Shown: piece by piece, positions 12,526 through 23,908 of the stretch | Layout: every line of letters begins with the position of its first letter | Position numbering within the stretch: position 1 is the first letter of the stretch | Assembly (NCBI RefSeq): GCF_902713615.1 | Contig: NW_024055478.1 | Span: forward strand, 802,363 to 866,362 | DNA from: Scyliorhinus canicula | Taxonomy: Eukaryota | DNA length: 64,000 bases | Direction of reading: 5' to 3' | Notes under the pieces: model-generated | What the model saw: the letters and a program-made list of their open reading frames with translations, nothing else | Database searches by the model: none | What the model was told of the DNA's origin: nothing | Program-made: the position numbers and the translations under genes

Positions 12526-13452
12526 TCATGTGCCTCTTTTTGGGACAAGCCCCTGATCACTCGCAAAATCCATCGCTTCTTCGGGCTCGGAGAAGTGGTG
12601 TTGATCCTGGTGCGTGACCCATAGACGAGCCGGAAACAGCAGACCAACCTTCACGTGCTTCTTGAACAGCACCTCCTTGACTTGTTTAAAGGCTGCTCGC
12701 CGCCGAGCCACCTCTCGGCTTAGGTCCTGGTAAATGCGGGGGACACTGTTGTTCCACGTGCTGCTCCTGGTGCTCTTTGTCCACCGCAGTACCCGCTCCT
12801 TGTCCACAAACCTGTGGAACTTAATCACCATTGGGCGGGGGAGTCCGCCCGGCCGCCCCTGCCTCGCCTGCACTCTGTATGCCCCCTCCAGCTCCGGTGG
12901 TCGCGGAAAGGCTTCGGTCCCCATCAGCTGCATCAACAGGTCTGCTACAAACGCTGGGGCATCAGCTCCCTCAGCCCCCTCCGGGAGGCCGACAATCCTC
13001 AGGTTGTTCCTGCGGACTCTATTCTCCAGCTCCTCCACTCTGTCTAGCAGTCTTCTTTGCCGCTCCTTCAGCCCGTCAACTTCCAGCACCGCAATCGTCT
13101 GCGCAACCTTCTGCGCAACTGTCTGCGCAACTGTCTGCGCAACCGCCTGCTCCTCCGCTGCCTCTCCCAGCTCCTTAACTTTAACATCCTGCGCATCCAG
13201 CCTCTGGTTCAGCTGATCCACCACCTTCTGGATTGGGTCCAAGCTGTCCCTCTTCAGCGCTTCAAAACTGGACTTCATTACCTGGAGCATGTTATCCAGC
13301 GCCAGTTGGATTGCTGAGTCCGGGGTCCGTGTGTCCGGCATCTTAGGTCCCAGGTAAGTTTCTTCAGCTCCTTGTCTCTGTCCCTTTTTCTCTCTTTTCT
13401 TCTGCCTCCTGGACTCCCGCTGTTCCATGTGCCGCAGCCCATTCCTCAGCAC
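12526..13452 (-). CDS. L1-type ORF1 (coiled coil, RRM, CTD)
   Basis: Open 308-aa frame with LENRVRRNNLRIVGLPEGAEG, RPMVIKFHRF and RIYQDLS...RRAAF...LLFPARL, typical of L1 ORF1p. The exact start codon is uncertain. Confidence 0.85.
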   Translation of the reverse strand: MLRNGLRHMEQRESRRQKKREKKGQRQGAEETYLGPKMPDTRTPDSAIQLALDNMLQVMKSSFEALKRDSLDPIQKVVDQLNQRLDAQDVKVKELGEAAEEQAVAQTVAQTVAQKVAQTIAVLEVDGLKERQRRLLDRVEELENRVRRNNLRIVGLPEGAEGADAPAFVADLLMQLMGTEAFPRPPELEGAYRVQARQGRPGGLPRPMVIKFHRFVDKERVLRWTKSTRSSTWNNSVPRIYQDLSREVARRRAAFKQVKEVLFKKHVKVGLLFPARLWVTHQDQHHFSEPEEAMDFASDQGLVPKRGT

Positions 13453-13902
13453 TTTCGCTGCCGCCTTCCTTCAGGTCCGTGGTCCCGCTATCGCGGGGAA
13501 TCAGCCCCTAAACGCCCGCCGGAGTGAGAGCCCGCCGAATGTGCGGCTCACTGGGACATCGCCACCACCGGAAGTTCATTCCTTCTCATCTCTGTCTGAA
13601 ATGGAAGAACCCTTACTTTGTGATCATGCACGCTTCTCACAGACGCTCCGACAGGGAAAATACTCTCCCAACGTCAATCCTAAGAAGTTCCCGGATAATC
13701 TTTCATGTCTCAATTATGGCGCCTTTATTCCTCTAAACTTCAATGTGTACAGCCCAGCAAAGTTACCCTCAGCTGATAAGAAAATGCCTCCATACTCGGG
13801 ATCAACCTCGTGATCCTTCTCTGGACTGCCTTCAAAGCCAATCTGTCTTCCTCAGATAAGGGCAACAAAACTATTCAAAGTGTATCAGGTGTAGTCTAAC
13901 AA

Positions 13903-14007
13903 AATAATAATAATCGCTATTGTCACAAGCAGGCTTCAATGAAGTTACTGTGACATGCCCCTAGTCGCCACATTCCGGCGCCTGTTCGGGGAGGCCGGTA
14001 CGGGAAT
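13903..14007 (-). mobile_element. Second tRNA-derived SINE family, 3' part
   Basis: Reverse complement of ggcgccggaatgtggcgactagggg...cagtaacttcattgaagcc...gtgacaata, also present at 18426-18600, 18920-19085, 22095-22204 and 47190-47285. Confidence 0.7.
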
Positions 14008-14911
14008 GCCTTGTACAGTTTTAGCCAGACTGCCCCATGTTTATATTCTATTCCCATTGAAATAAATGTCAACATTCAATTTGTCTCCATATTACCTGCA
14101 GAACTTGCTTTTTGTGGTTTCTGCACGAGGGCCCCCAATTCCCCCGTTACTTCAGCTTCCTGCAGTCTTTCTCCATCTAAATAATATTCCGTTATGTTCT
14201 TCCTTCTCCCAAAGTGTCGAACCTCACATTCTCTGTCCCTCTGTGGATTTTCTGTCATCCTCACCACTTGCCTTTCTATTTTAGTATCTACAGCCGTGGG
14301 AATAGTACATTCATTCATTAAACACAGTTTTGAAATTCATGTATATTATATCTATTGCCCCCCCCCCCTCGCCTTTTCGTTATCAACTCAAATAAGAGCA
14401 CTACATTTGTCAAGAAATGATTTCCCCTTCACGAAGCCGTGCTGACTCTGTTGATTATATTGAGTATTTCTAAATGCTCAGCTATTGGATCCGTTAAAAT
14501 GGACTCGAACCGTTTTCCACTCACAGATGTTAAGGTCCCTGGCCGATAGTTACCTGTTTTTGACACCCTCTCTTTTGAATAAAGGTGTTACATTGGCAGT
14601 TTTCTAATCCTCTTGGGGTAAGGTGGGAGGAGCCTGGTGTGGAGTTTAGACACCAGCACAGAACAGTTGGGCCGAATGGCCTGTTCCCCTGCTGTACACT
14701 TTCTGAAACTTTCGAATCCAATATCCATAAATTCTCAGGGAAAAGGATTGTGTCCACCTCTGCTCCGAGCTGGGAAACCGGACAGATCCCAAAGTGGAAA
14801 ATGGAAACCTTTAAAATCCAACACAAAACACATTTCTCTCACATCGAACCCGCGGTTCCATTGTCACCGGAATTCCCCATTTTATTGACATTTATTGTAC
14901 ATTTTCTGCAG

Positions 14912-15303
14912 ACCCCAATCCGCGGGAACCGTCCGTCTCTGTCCTCCTGCCCTCGGCTGAAGACGTCTCCGCTCAGAGATTCGTCTCCCTCAGCTGCTTA
15001 GTGAGAGGTTTCTCCCCCCGAGAGATCTTCGTCAAGTGGACCGTCAATGACAAGCCGGTGAATCCCGGGAACTACAAGAACACCGAGGTGATGGCGGAGA
15101 ACGGCAATAGCTCCTTCTTAATGTACAGCCTGTTATCCATTGCAGCGGAGGAGTGGGCCAGCGGCGCTTCTTACTCCTGTGTGGTGGGACATGAAGCCAT
15201 CCCCTTGAAGATCATCAACAGAACGGTTGATAAATCCAGCGGTAAACCCAGTTTTGTGAACATTTCCCTCGCTCTGATGGACACCGTTAATTCATGTCAT
15301 TGA
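14912..15303 (+). CDS. IGHM: IgM constant exon CH4 plus secretory tailpiece
   Basis: Acceptor ttttctgcag at 14911. (D)[14 protein letters not shown]...[11 protein letters not shown]...KWTVND...[23 protein letters not shown]..., tail [19 protein letters not shown] with an NIS sequon and penultimate Cys. Internal donor G|GTAAAC at 15241/15242 for the membrane form. Confidence 0.95.
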
Positions 15304-15325
15304 GAATCGATTGGTTATATTTTGA

Positions 15326-15345
15326 AATAAAATTAAAATAATAAA
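15326..15345 (+). terminator. Poly(A) signals of the secretory IgM mRNA
   Basis: AATAAA at 15326-15331 and 15340-15345, 23-42 nt after the tailpiece stop, followed by a U-rich tract. Confidence 0.75.
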
Positions 15346-15719
15346 GTTTTTTTTCCTCCAATTGTGATTTAAATGTACAGCCGCATAACTAATGGTGCTT
15401 CCACTTTGCTGATATTAGATCTGTTCAATGAGACCCGGGTTTCTACAGGTCTCGGCCCCAAGTCTGATACAACCAGAGCTCCCAGCTCAGATACACCCTG
15501 GGTTAGAGACAGAGTAAAACTCATTCATTCCAGGATTCAGCAAAATATCTTCGTTGACTTCCTCCCGTTGAGGAGAAATCGGATCATTCCCATTTCAGAC
15601 AAACAAACCCATCACATTTAGATCTCAGTGTTCCTGCTTCTCCCATTGTCCATCCCTTTAAAATTGATTTCAGCTTTAAATTGTTGTGTCACACCCACTG
15701 CAAGTTGAATTGAGGGTCA

Positions 15720-17560
15720 CACAGAAACATGGACCAACAATTCCCCATCAAAGAGAGGGGAAAGGGAAATGATTAACCCACTCACTGTACCCCGACTTCC
15801 CCAACAGAGGCGGAGGCCCTTTAGTTAATCCACTGTACCCTCACTTACACAACAAAGAGATTGGGAAGGCCTTTAGTTAATCCACTGCACCCCTACTTTC
15901 CCAACAGAGAGAGGAGGAGGGGCTTTAGTTAATCCACTGTACACCCACCTCCACAAAAAGAGAGTGGGAGGGCCTTTAGTTAATCCACTACACCACTTCC
16001 CCAAGAAAGAGGTAGGCGGAATCCCTTTTGTTCATTCACTGTATCCCCATTCTCCCCACAGATAGAGGCGGAGGGCCTTTAGTTAATCCACCGTACCCCC
16101 ACTCTCCCAACAGAGAGAGGCGGAGGGCCTTTAGTTCAGACACTGTAACCCCACTCTCCCCACACAGAGATGCGGAGCTCCTTTAGTTAATCCACCATCC
16201 CCCACTTCCCCAACAGAGAGAGTGGGAGGGCCATTAGTTAATCCACTGCACCCCTACTTTCCCAACAGAGAGAGGAGGAGGGGCTTTCCTTTATCCTTTA
16301 TGTGCTCACTTCTTCAAAAGAGAGAGAGGGGAGGTCAATTATTTAATCCACTGTACCACCACTTCACCAACAGAGAGAGGCGGAGGCCTTTAGTGAATCT
16401 ACAGTACCCCACTTCCACAAAAAAGGAGATTGGGAGGAGCATCAGTTAACCCACTGTACACCCACTTCCCCTAGAAAGAGATAGCGGAGTGCCTTTAGTT
16501 GATGCACTGTACCCCCACTCTCCCCACAGAGAATGGCAGAGAGTCTTTAGTTAATGCACTGTACCCCCACTCTCGCCACAGAGAGAGGAGGAGGGTCCTT
16601 TGTTAATCCACCGTACCCCCACTCTCCCAACAGAGAGAGGTGGAGGGCCTTTAGTTAATCCCCCGTACCCCACTTCCACAACAAAGAAAGTGGGAGGGGC
16701 TTTGGTTAATCCACTGTACCCCTACTTCCCCAACAGAGAGAGGAGAAGGGGCATTCCTTTATCCTCTGTGTGCTCACTTCCTCAAAAGGGAGAGAGGGGA
16801 GAGGAATTATTTAATCCACGGTACTTCAACAACAGAGAGGGCAGGGGCATTAGTTAATCCACTGTCTCCCCACTTCGCCAACAGAGAGAGGTGGAGGGGC
16901 ATCAGTTAATCCACTCTGTCCTCATTTACCCAAAAAAGAGAGGGGAAGAGCCATTCGTAAATGCCCTGCACCGCAACTCCCTAACAAAGAGGAAGGGATA
17001 TTAGTTAACCCACTGCAACCCCACTTCCACACCAATGCATGGGGAGTGCAGTATTTAATACACTTATCCCCACATATACACCATATAAAGGAGGGGAGTT
17101 TGTTAACACAGTGTACCACACTTCCCCAACAGAGAGGGGGGGAGGGGCATTAGTTAAATAACTGTACCCTCACTTCAACAACAGAGAGGGAGGGGCATTA
17201 GTTAATCCACTGTACACCCACATCCCGAACAGAGAGGGGAGGGGGTGCATTAGTTAATCCACTGTACCCCCACGTCCCGAAGAGAGAAGGGAGGGGGAGG
17301 GGCAGTAGTTAACCCACTGTACCCCCACGTTCCAAACAGAGGAGGGGAGGGGCATTAGTCAATCCACTGTACCTCCACATCCCGAACAGAGAGGGGAGGG
17401 GCATTAGTTAATCCATTGTACCCCCACTTCAACAACAGAGAGGGGAGGGGCATTAGTCAATCCACTGTACCCCCACATCCCCAACAAAAGAGAGAGGGGC
17501 AATATTAACCTATTTCACCTCCACGTTCCCGAGGAAAAGAGGAGGAAGGCGATGAGTGAA
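15720..17560. repeat. ~52-bp minisatellite array (~35 degenerate units)
   Basis: The motif ttagttaatccactgtaccccc...caacagagag recurs at 15821, 15873, 15925, 15976 and onward (period 51-52). Confidence 0.9.
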
Positions 17561-18049
17561 CTCTCTGAATCTCCACCTCCTCAGCAGGGGGAACCCAAAG
17601 AGAATTTGTTCAGCTGACCAGAGAGAGGGAGATTATTCACTCCAAAGAGAAAATGCTGGAAAATCTCAGCAGATTCCAGCATCCGCAGTAATTTGTTTTT
17701 ATCCAGAGATGATTATCTCACTGTCCTCCCAAACCCCAAGCAGCGAGTTTGAGACCGGACGAGCCTCTACTCTGAGCATTCTGTCACTGACATTACAAGT
17801 CGGCTTGTAGTTTACTGCCTGAAGATGTGAAAAGACCATCATGATAAAGATGTTCTTTAAATACCTATTTATGCAACAGAATTTTACTTTTTGTTAGCAC
17901 TCTAGTTCCTCTTATCCGTGTGCTAAAACTGATTCCCCATAATCCAAACCCAGACTCGCGATGGAATTCTCCCTGGATTTTTATTGTTCTCTCCTGAGGC
18001 ACCTCCTTGTATTTTTGCATTCGGTCACCTGATGTCACCTTGCATCTCA

Positions 18050-20240
18050 CACAAAACACACTTATAAGCACAAAGTTCAACATATGCGACATGGCTATCA
18101 ATAATACCCACAACTGGCAAAGCTACAGGCAGCTGATACAAATACACAAACACACAGTTAAACAGACTTAAACACGACACATACATACACCCCCTTCCCC
18201 ACAGACATATACACATGCACACATGGACACAAACACACACATACACACACACACAGAAACATACACCCGGCACAACGAACCACACATATATTGACACAAG
18301 AACACACGCGAACGTGTACAGAAATGCACAAACATTCACAAAAACACAAAAAAGCACACGTTTATACTCACACAGACACATTGACACATACAGACACTAA
18401 TATACGTACGCAATCAGGCACACAAGAGGCTGGTTTAGCTCACTGGGATAAATCGCTGGCTTTTAAAGCAGACCAAGCAGGTCAGCAGCACAGTTCGATT
18501 CCCGTACCAGCCTCCCTGGACAGGCGCCGGAATGTGGCGACTAGGGGCTTTTCACAGTAACTTTGTTGAAGTCTACTCGTGACAATAAGCGATTTGCATT
18601 GCACACAAGCGTACACAAACGTACGCATTCACCCACATGTCCACACGGATACACAAAGATGCAAACGCAAACATATAAAACCAGACAAGTAGACTAACAT
18701 CAGAATATGAAACACAAATGTAACCAATAACATATACAATCGCACAATTTCACGATGACAGAAGTATAGAATTAAGGACAGAGACGATAATCCACATTAC
18801 CACAATTATGGGTACACGTAGATATATGTCAGCAGACACGTACACATGTTAACACGAGTAGACATTAGTGCACATGGAGACATCAATACACAAGTAATAC
18901 ATAGCTATAAACAACCATCATTTAGCACAGAGCAAAATTGCTGGCTTTGAAAGCAGACCAAGCAGGCCAACAGCACGGTTCGATTCTTGTAATAGCCTCC
19001 CCGAACAGGCGCTGGAATGTGGCGACTAGGGGCTTTTCACAGTAACTTCATTTGAAGCCTATTCGTGACAATAAGTGATTTTCCTTTTTTTTCATCAACG
19101 CATACACAGCACCACTGTCTCCCAGTGCCAAAGGCCGGGTTCAATTCCAGCCTTGGGTGACTGCCTGTGTGGAGTTTGCACGTTCTCCTGTGTCTGCATC
19201 GGTTTCCTCCGGGTGCACCCGTTTCCTCCCACAGTCCAATGATGAACAGGGTAGGTGGATTGGCCATGCTCCATTGCCCCTTAGTATCCAAAAGGTTAAG
19301 TGAGGTTATGAGGGTGGGGCGGGGGCGTGCACCTCGGTAGGGTGTTCTTTCACAGGGTCGCTGCAGACTCGATGAGCCGAATGGCCTCGTTCTGCACTGT
19401 CGGGATTCTATGATGATAATTCAATGATAAAACACACACATATATACATGCGCACGGATATACAAGCACAAATGCGCTTATCCAGTCACAAACATTAAGA
19501 CACTGGCATGCATGATGTACGCAAATGGACACAATAACACATATTACTAGGCAGGAAAGTACAAACACATATTAACCCAGGAATTAATACATAAACATAG
19601 ACTTCAATACATAAGCATACACAATAACAGACTCATATTAAGGCAGCACAGAAGCGCAGTGGATTCTCCCTGATGCCTCATGTCGCCGAAATCACAGGTT
19701 CGATCCCGGCTCTGCGTCACTATCCGTGTGGAGTTTGCACATTCTACCCGTGTTTGCGTGGGTTTTGCCCCCACAACCCAAAATGTGTGCAGGCTAGGTG
19801 GATTGGACACGCTACATTGCCTCTTAATTGGAATAAAAATGAATTATGTACACTAAATTTATGAAAAAAATAAATAACTCATATCTCCACATTGATAGAA
19901 GATAAACAAAGTATACATACAGGCGCTGACACACAAATACACAGATCAATACTCATTGGCACATGAACACACACAATGGCATTTTACACACATCTGGACA
20001 GACAAAAGAAGCAAAACATGAGATCCCCATCCACACAGACACAAGTGCTAAAGAACAAATACAAATGTCAGGCAATGGGCGGCATGGTGGCGCAGTGGTT
20101 AGCACTGCTGCCTCACGGCGCCGAGGACCTGGGTTCGATCTTGGTCCTGGGTGACTGTCCGTGGGTTTGACCTCCACAATCCAAAGATGTACAGGGTAGG
20201 TGAATTGGCCACGCTAAACTGCCCCTAAATTGGAAAAAGA
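18050..20240. repeat. (CA)-rich low-complexity tract with five SINE insertions (~18426-18600, 18920-19085, 19095-19412, 19643-19870, 20077-20240)
   Basis: cacacacata-type repeats. The SINEs show tRNA-like A/B boxes and cores shared with the other copies. Confidence 0.75.
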
Positions 20241-20407
20241 AAGTTACAGAGATCGGTTGTTGAGTGTCACGAAGTCTACAGTAGCTATGCAATGAAAAAT
20301 ATATTAGAGAATGAATGATCAGATAAAGAAAATTAAATGAGAATATTAACAATATATCCTGGATTAATAAACAATCTGATTATATTTATTGGGCTCTATC
20401 CTCATAG

Positions 20408-20535
20408 ATACCACAGACAACACCTGGACTGAAGACGATGAGGATGATAACGGGAACATCTGGACAACCGCTTCCACATTCATCACCCTGTTCGTCCTGA
20501 GCATTTCCTACAGCGCTGCAGTCACTCTGGTGAAG
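20408..20535 (+). CDS. IGHM: IgM transmembrane exon TM1
   Basis: Acceptor ctcatag at 20407 (phase 1, matches the CH4 internal donor) and donor gtgaga at 20536. (D)TTDNTWTEDDEDDNGNIWTTASTFITLFVLSISYSAAVTLVK contains the conserved antigen-receptor TM motif. Confidence 0.95.
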
Positions 20536-20673
20536 GTGAGAAGATTCAATCCACTCACCCTTCAAACCGGCAGAAGCCTTTTAAAAACCATAAATGTTTG
20601 ATTGATTAAAAACTCTAACATCAATGTCCCAGATCATAAACATCTGCTTCATCATTTTCTCTCTGTTTTACAG

Positions 20674-20682
20674 ATCAAGTGA
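20674..20682 (+). CDS. IGHM: IgM transmembrane exon TM2 (IK*)
   Basis: Acceptor ctctgttttacag at 20673, then ATC AAG TGA, giving a K-I-K cytoplasmic tail. Candidate AATAAA at 21075-21080. Confidence 0.88.
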   Translation: MK

Positions 20683-21504
20683 TCGATTGACGTTCAGACG
20701 CTGTAGATTTTCCTCAGCTGTTTATTATGATCTGTGTGTGACAGAAATACAATATCTCCTCTTGGTGACTCTAACAGTAAAATTCTGTCAGTTTATTTTT
20801 CTGCATCTGTAACTGAGATAATCATGGACAGTATTTCTGCTTTCAGTTTGAAATGTATGAGACATAATTGTAATATAATTGTAGCTAATAATTTCCCTCA
20901 ATGTCACGTCTAAATAAGTAACTTATCTCGTTCCTTATATAACTGTTGCCTTCCCTTTACGTTGAGCTCCTGTTCTCTCTTTCTTGTGCCTGTTACAGTT
21001 GTACATACATTTGGCTGCTCAGTGTGAATCTCACTGTGACCCTCAATCGCTATGTTCCCTTTTGTAAACATCAAAATAAACTTTTGTGTAATATTTTCTC
21101 AGAAATTTTAATTAATATTGAATGAAAAATGAAGAAAGTAAGACTTTGCTGAACTAATTTCTCTCAGGTCCATCGGCACTGATCCCTTTCACCGATTATG
21201 CAGTTTTCTCCCCTTTCCCAGGCAGATATTTCTCACCAGTCCTGTCTGGGATGTGTCTGAACTCAAGGCCCCTCAGTGAAAGAGCCACTGCGCCACCAAG
21301 CGGCCCATCCGGGTAAAGCCAACTTCACCTCTGCCTATTTATGGTAAACTGCAGAGATAGAATGCCAGCTGAAGAATTCCACAGATCCACTACCCTCTGG
21401 TGGAAGAATATCTCCTCATTTCTGTCCTAAATTTGAGACTCCTTACTCTTAGATTATGCCCTGTCGTGCTAGACTCTCCCACAAGAGGAAACAAGATGAT
21501 TTTT

Positions 21505-21650
21505 CAGGCTGTGTAACTGGTTAAAGCTCTTTCCACAGTCAGTTCACTGGAACACTCCCACTCAGGTGTGTGTGTGTCTCGGGGCTTTTCCAGTCACACT
21601 GATGTTTGAAATCTCTTCCCACAGCCCGAACACATTGACAGTTTGTGATA
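21505..21650 (-). pseudogene. Degenerate C2H2 zinc-finger relic
   Basis: Minus strand gives CSGCGKRFQTSV*LEK.RDTHT and VFQ*TDCGKSFNQL across two frames. Confidence 0.55.
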
Positions 21651-22204
21651 TTTAGATCCTAATGAATTGAGTGACTGTCAGATCTTGATGTTAAATTTGG
21701 TTGGAGTTTCCCAGCTGCCAATCCTCCCATTCTGATGTCTGAAATAGGTTTCCAAAAATGATCACTGTAAGAATGGGATAGAAATTCACAACAGGTCATT
21801 CTAGTTTCTATCGAACCTTCTTTCTGCTCTTGCTTTCCCCAAGCATGTGGTCCAGTCAAAATAAACGACCAAAATCTGCCAGAAGCCCCAACAAAAGTGC
21901 AGGGAACCTTCCTAAATGAACCAGAATATTGTTCCCAGTGTCTCTGAAACACTCTGTCCGCTGAGGTAGCCACTGGGTGTGGAAGGTGTCAAACATTCTG
22001 GTGGATACCACATGCTCCCTCTGCAGGGCCACTGGGAATAGACAAGACACGGAACAGAAGTCGGCAGCCAGAGTAATCACCACCCCCTCCGTAATAATAA
22101 TAATCTTTATTGTCACATTTAAGCTTACATTAACACTGCAATGGAGTTACTGTGAAAAGCCCCTAGTTGCCACATTCCGGCGCGCGTTTGGGTACACAGA
22201 GGGA

Positions 22205-23171
22205 TGTTGCTCGTTCTACTGTTAGTGTGATTAACACGCCTCCAATAAAGGACATGTGCTTAACACTGGCTTGGCTCTGTATCTGTATCCATGCTCTGGA
22301 GTCGCCAGCTGCCGCAAGAGACACCGTCACAAGTATATTAAGGTCAAGTTCAAAGCAATAAATCTAAACACCGATCAGTCAGTCCAAACAATTAGTGTGT
22401 ATTATAACAAATATAATAAATACTCATGCACACGCTAAAAGACTAATACTTATTCCTACTATTAAACGACTAAATACTTATCTAGAAAGGAACAGGCAAG
22501 GTCAGGGGGCAAGGCCTTCGTCCCGTTCTTGGTCTGCAACTTCTGGTCATTAAAGTCGGCAAGAGTATAAGCAATGCCTGGGTCACGTAGCGATCGTTGT
22601 TTTGGCACTTACTGATAGATGGCTGATGCTCAACGGCCGGTGATGAAAGACAGGATCTGGAGGCTGGAGTCGGAGGCCGGAGTCAGGATGCAACAGCCTA
22701 GGCCGGAGTCAGGAAGCAACAGACCGAATCATGTGTGGGACCTTCTTTTTATAGGTACCAGGCAGTTCAGGCCCCCTTGGGGCGGTTCCCTCATCGATTG
22801 GGTCTTTCCCGATCGATACGTTTTGAACTCCCCTATCCTGGGATCGTTTCTCGATGGCTGGGGCGGTTCCTAGGGGTCATTGTTCTGGTTTCTTTGGAGC
22901 CATCCTGGCTGGGTAGCTATAGAAAAGTATCGATTGATACTTAAAATGTTTCTATTGTATCTGGGACTGGGCCGGTATCACCTCATCAGTATGCAGATCG
23001 TTTTCCTATTTGCACCTTTGGCTGGGTTTCTGCAACTGCCTTGAAACCGGTTTTTGTACGTGCTAAATGCTAAATGCTTCTGCAAGCTGTGTGTCCTTAC
23101 TATGGCTGTTTTCCCCTGTATTCTTTGCGGTTCTCCATGTTGTAGACTGGTGTCCATCTTAGATGGCTACA
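22205..23171 (-). mobile_element. 3' LTR of an LTR retroelement (967 bp)
   Basis: Element-sense termini TGTAGCC...GAGCAACA. Polypurine tract AGGAGGGAA immediately upstream (23172-23180). TATA-like ctataaaa. 3' end homologous to the solo LTR at 38243-39169. Confidence 0.88.
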
Positions 23172-23560
23172 TTCCCTCCTTGTGATCCTCACGAGAAATT
23201 GTGAAGGATCACCTATGTATGGTTCTTCTATGTTACTTCGATTTCCTTTGGGTTCCTTTTTGGGTTCCCTGACCTTAGCAAGTTCCTGGGCGTCTACTCT
23301 GTCCTTAACTATGGCAAGAAAATTTTAACTCACATTTTTTTACTTGGCGCTATGTCAAAGGGGACATGCATTACCAATATTTGAGAACCTCTACCTATCA
23401 CAATACCTACTCTCATCTTACTTTAAACATTTCATCACATTCTAAAGTCTTATCCATTCACACCACAGTACATGTCGCTTTCTGACTCGGCAGTCGAGTT
23501 CAGAACCATATAATACATCAGTGTCTCATTTTTATTTACATATCGCTATCAATAAATTTC

Positions 23561-23908
23561 CTATGCATCAAGGGGTTGGGGGGATTGGTGAAAACCGAAA
23601 ATAGGGGATTGAACTCCGTAAATGGTTGAGGGGCAGGAACGGGAGGCTCTCCTTTTCCATTTCCTCAACCTGAGGGTCTGTACTATGATGCAGAGAATTG
23701 CAATCACCAACAGTGATTCAATCACATGCGACATCGAGTACCAGGTCATGAATTTCGTGCACCAGGTCTGAACCTCACTGATCAGTGCTGAGCGCGGAGA
23801 AGTCGGTGTGTGGGAAACATTAACGGCGGGGGTCGTGGGGGAAACATGATTTGCCTCAACATGCAAAAATACAACAATATTTAAAATAAATAGGTAGGCT
23901 TCCATCAT
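23561..23908 (-). CDS. Orphan small membrane-protein ORF in the env position of the LTR element (115 aa; frame open upstream to 24106)
   Basis: ACC-ATG-ATG-G start. Hydrophobic N-terminus YLFILNIVVFLHV, S/T/P-rich segment with an NVS sequon, TM-like LLVIAILCIIV, polybasic RLRKWKRR. Confidence 0.5.
   Translation of the reverse strand: MMEAYLFILNIVVFLHVEANHVSPTTPAVNVSHTPTSPRSALISEVQTWCTKFMTWYSMSHVIESLLVIAILCIIVQTLRLRKWKRRASRSCPSTIYGVQSPIFGFHQSPQPLDA

Larger units (their letters stand above)
7791..13577 (-). mobile_element. Near full-length L1/Tx1-clade LINE, antisense in the CH3-CH4 intron
   Basis: Poly(A) seen as a T-run at 7791-7798 with AATAAA just inside (plus-strand tttatt at ~7808-7813). 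ORF1 and ORF2 present. 16-bp target-site duplication with one mismatch: attctttctcatctct (7775-7790) and attccttctcatctct (13578-13593). Confidence 0.92.
7540..14050 (-). mobile_element. Old CR1 fragment split in two by the L1 insertion (7540-7790 and 13578-~14050)
   Basis: The left half ends ...gagaggaaattctttctcatctct and the right half resumes ...ctcatctctgtctgaaatgg, giving a contiguous antisense CR1 3' region. Confidence 0.65.

Noticed and set aside
15720-17560. CRISPR-like repeat-spacer array
   Set aside because: Whole units are homologous with no unique spacers, the context is eukaryotic, and there are no cas genes. It is a minisatellite.
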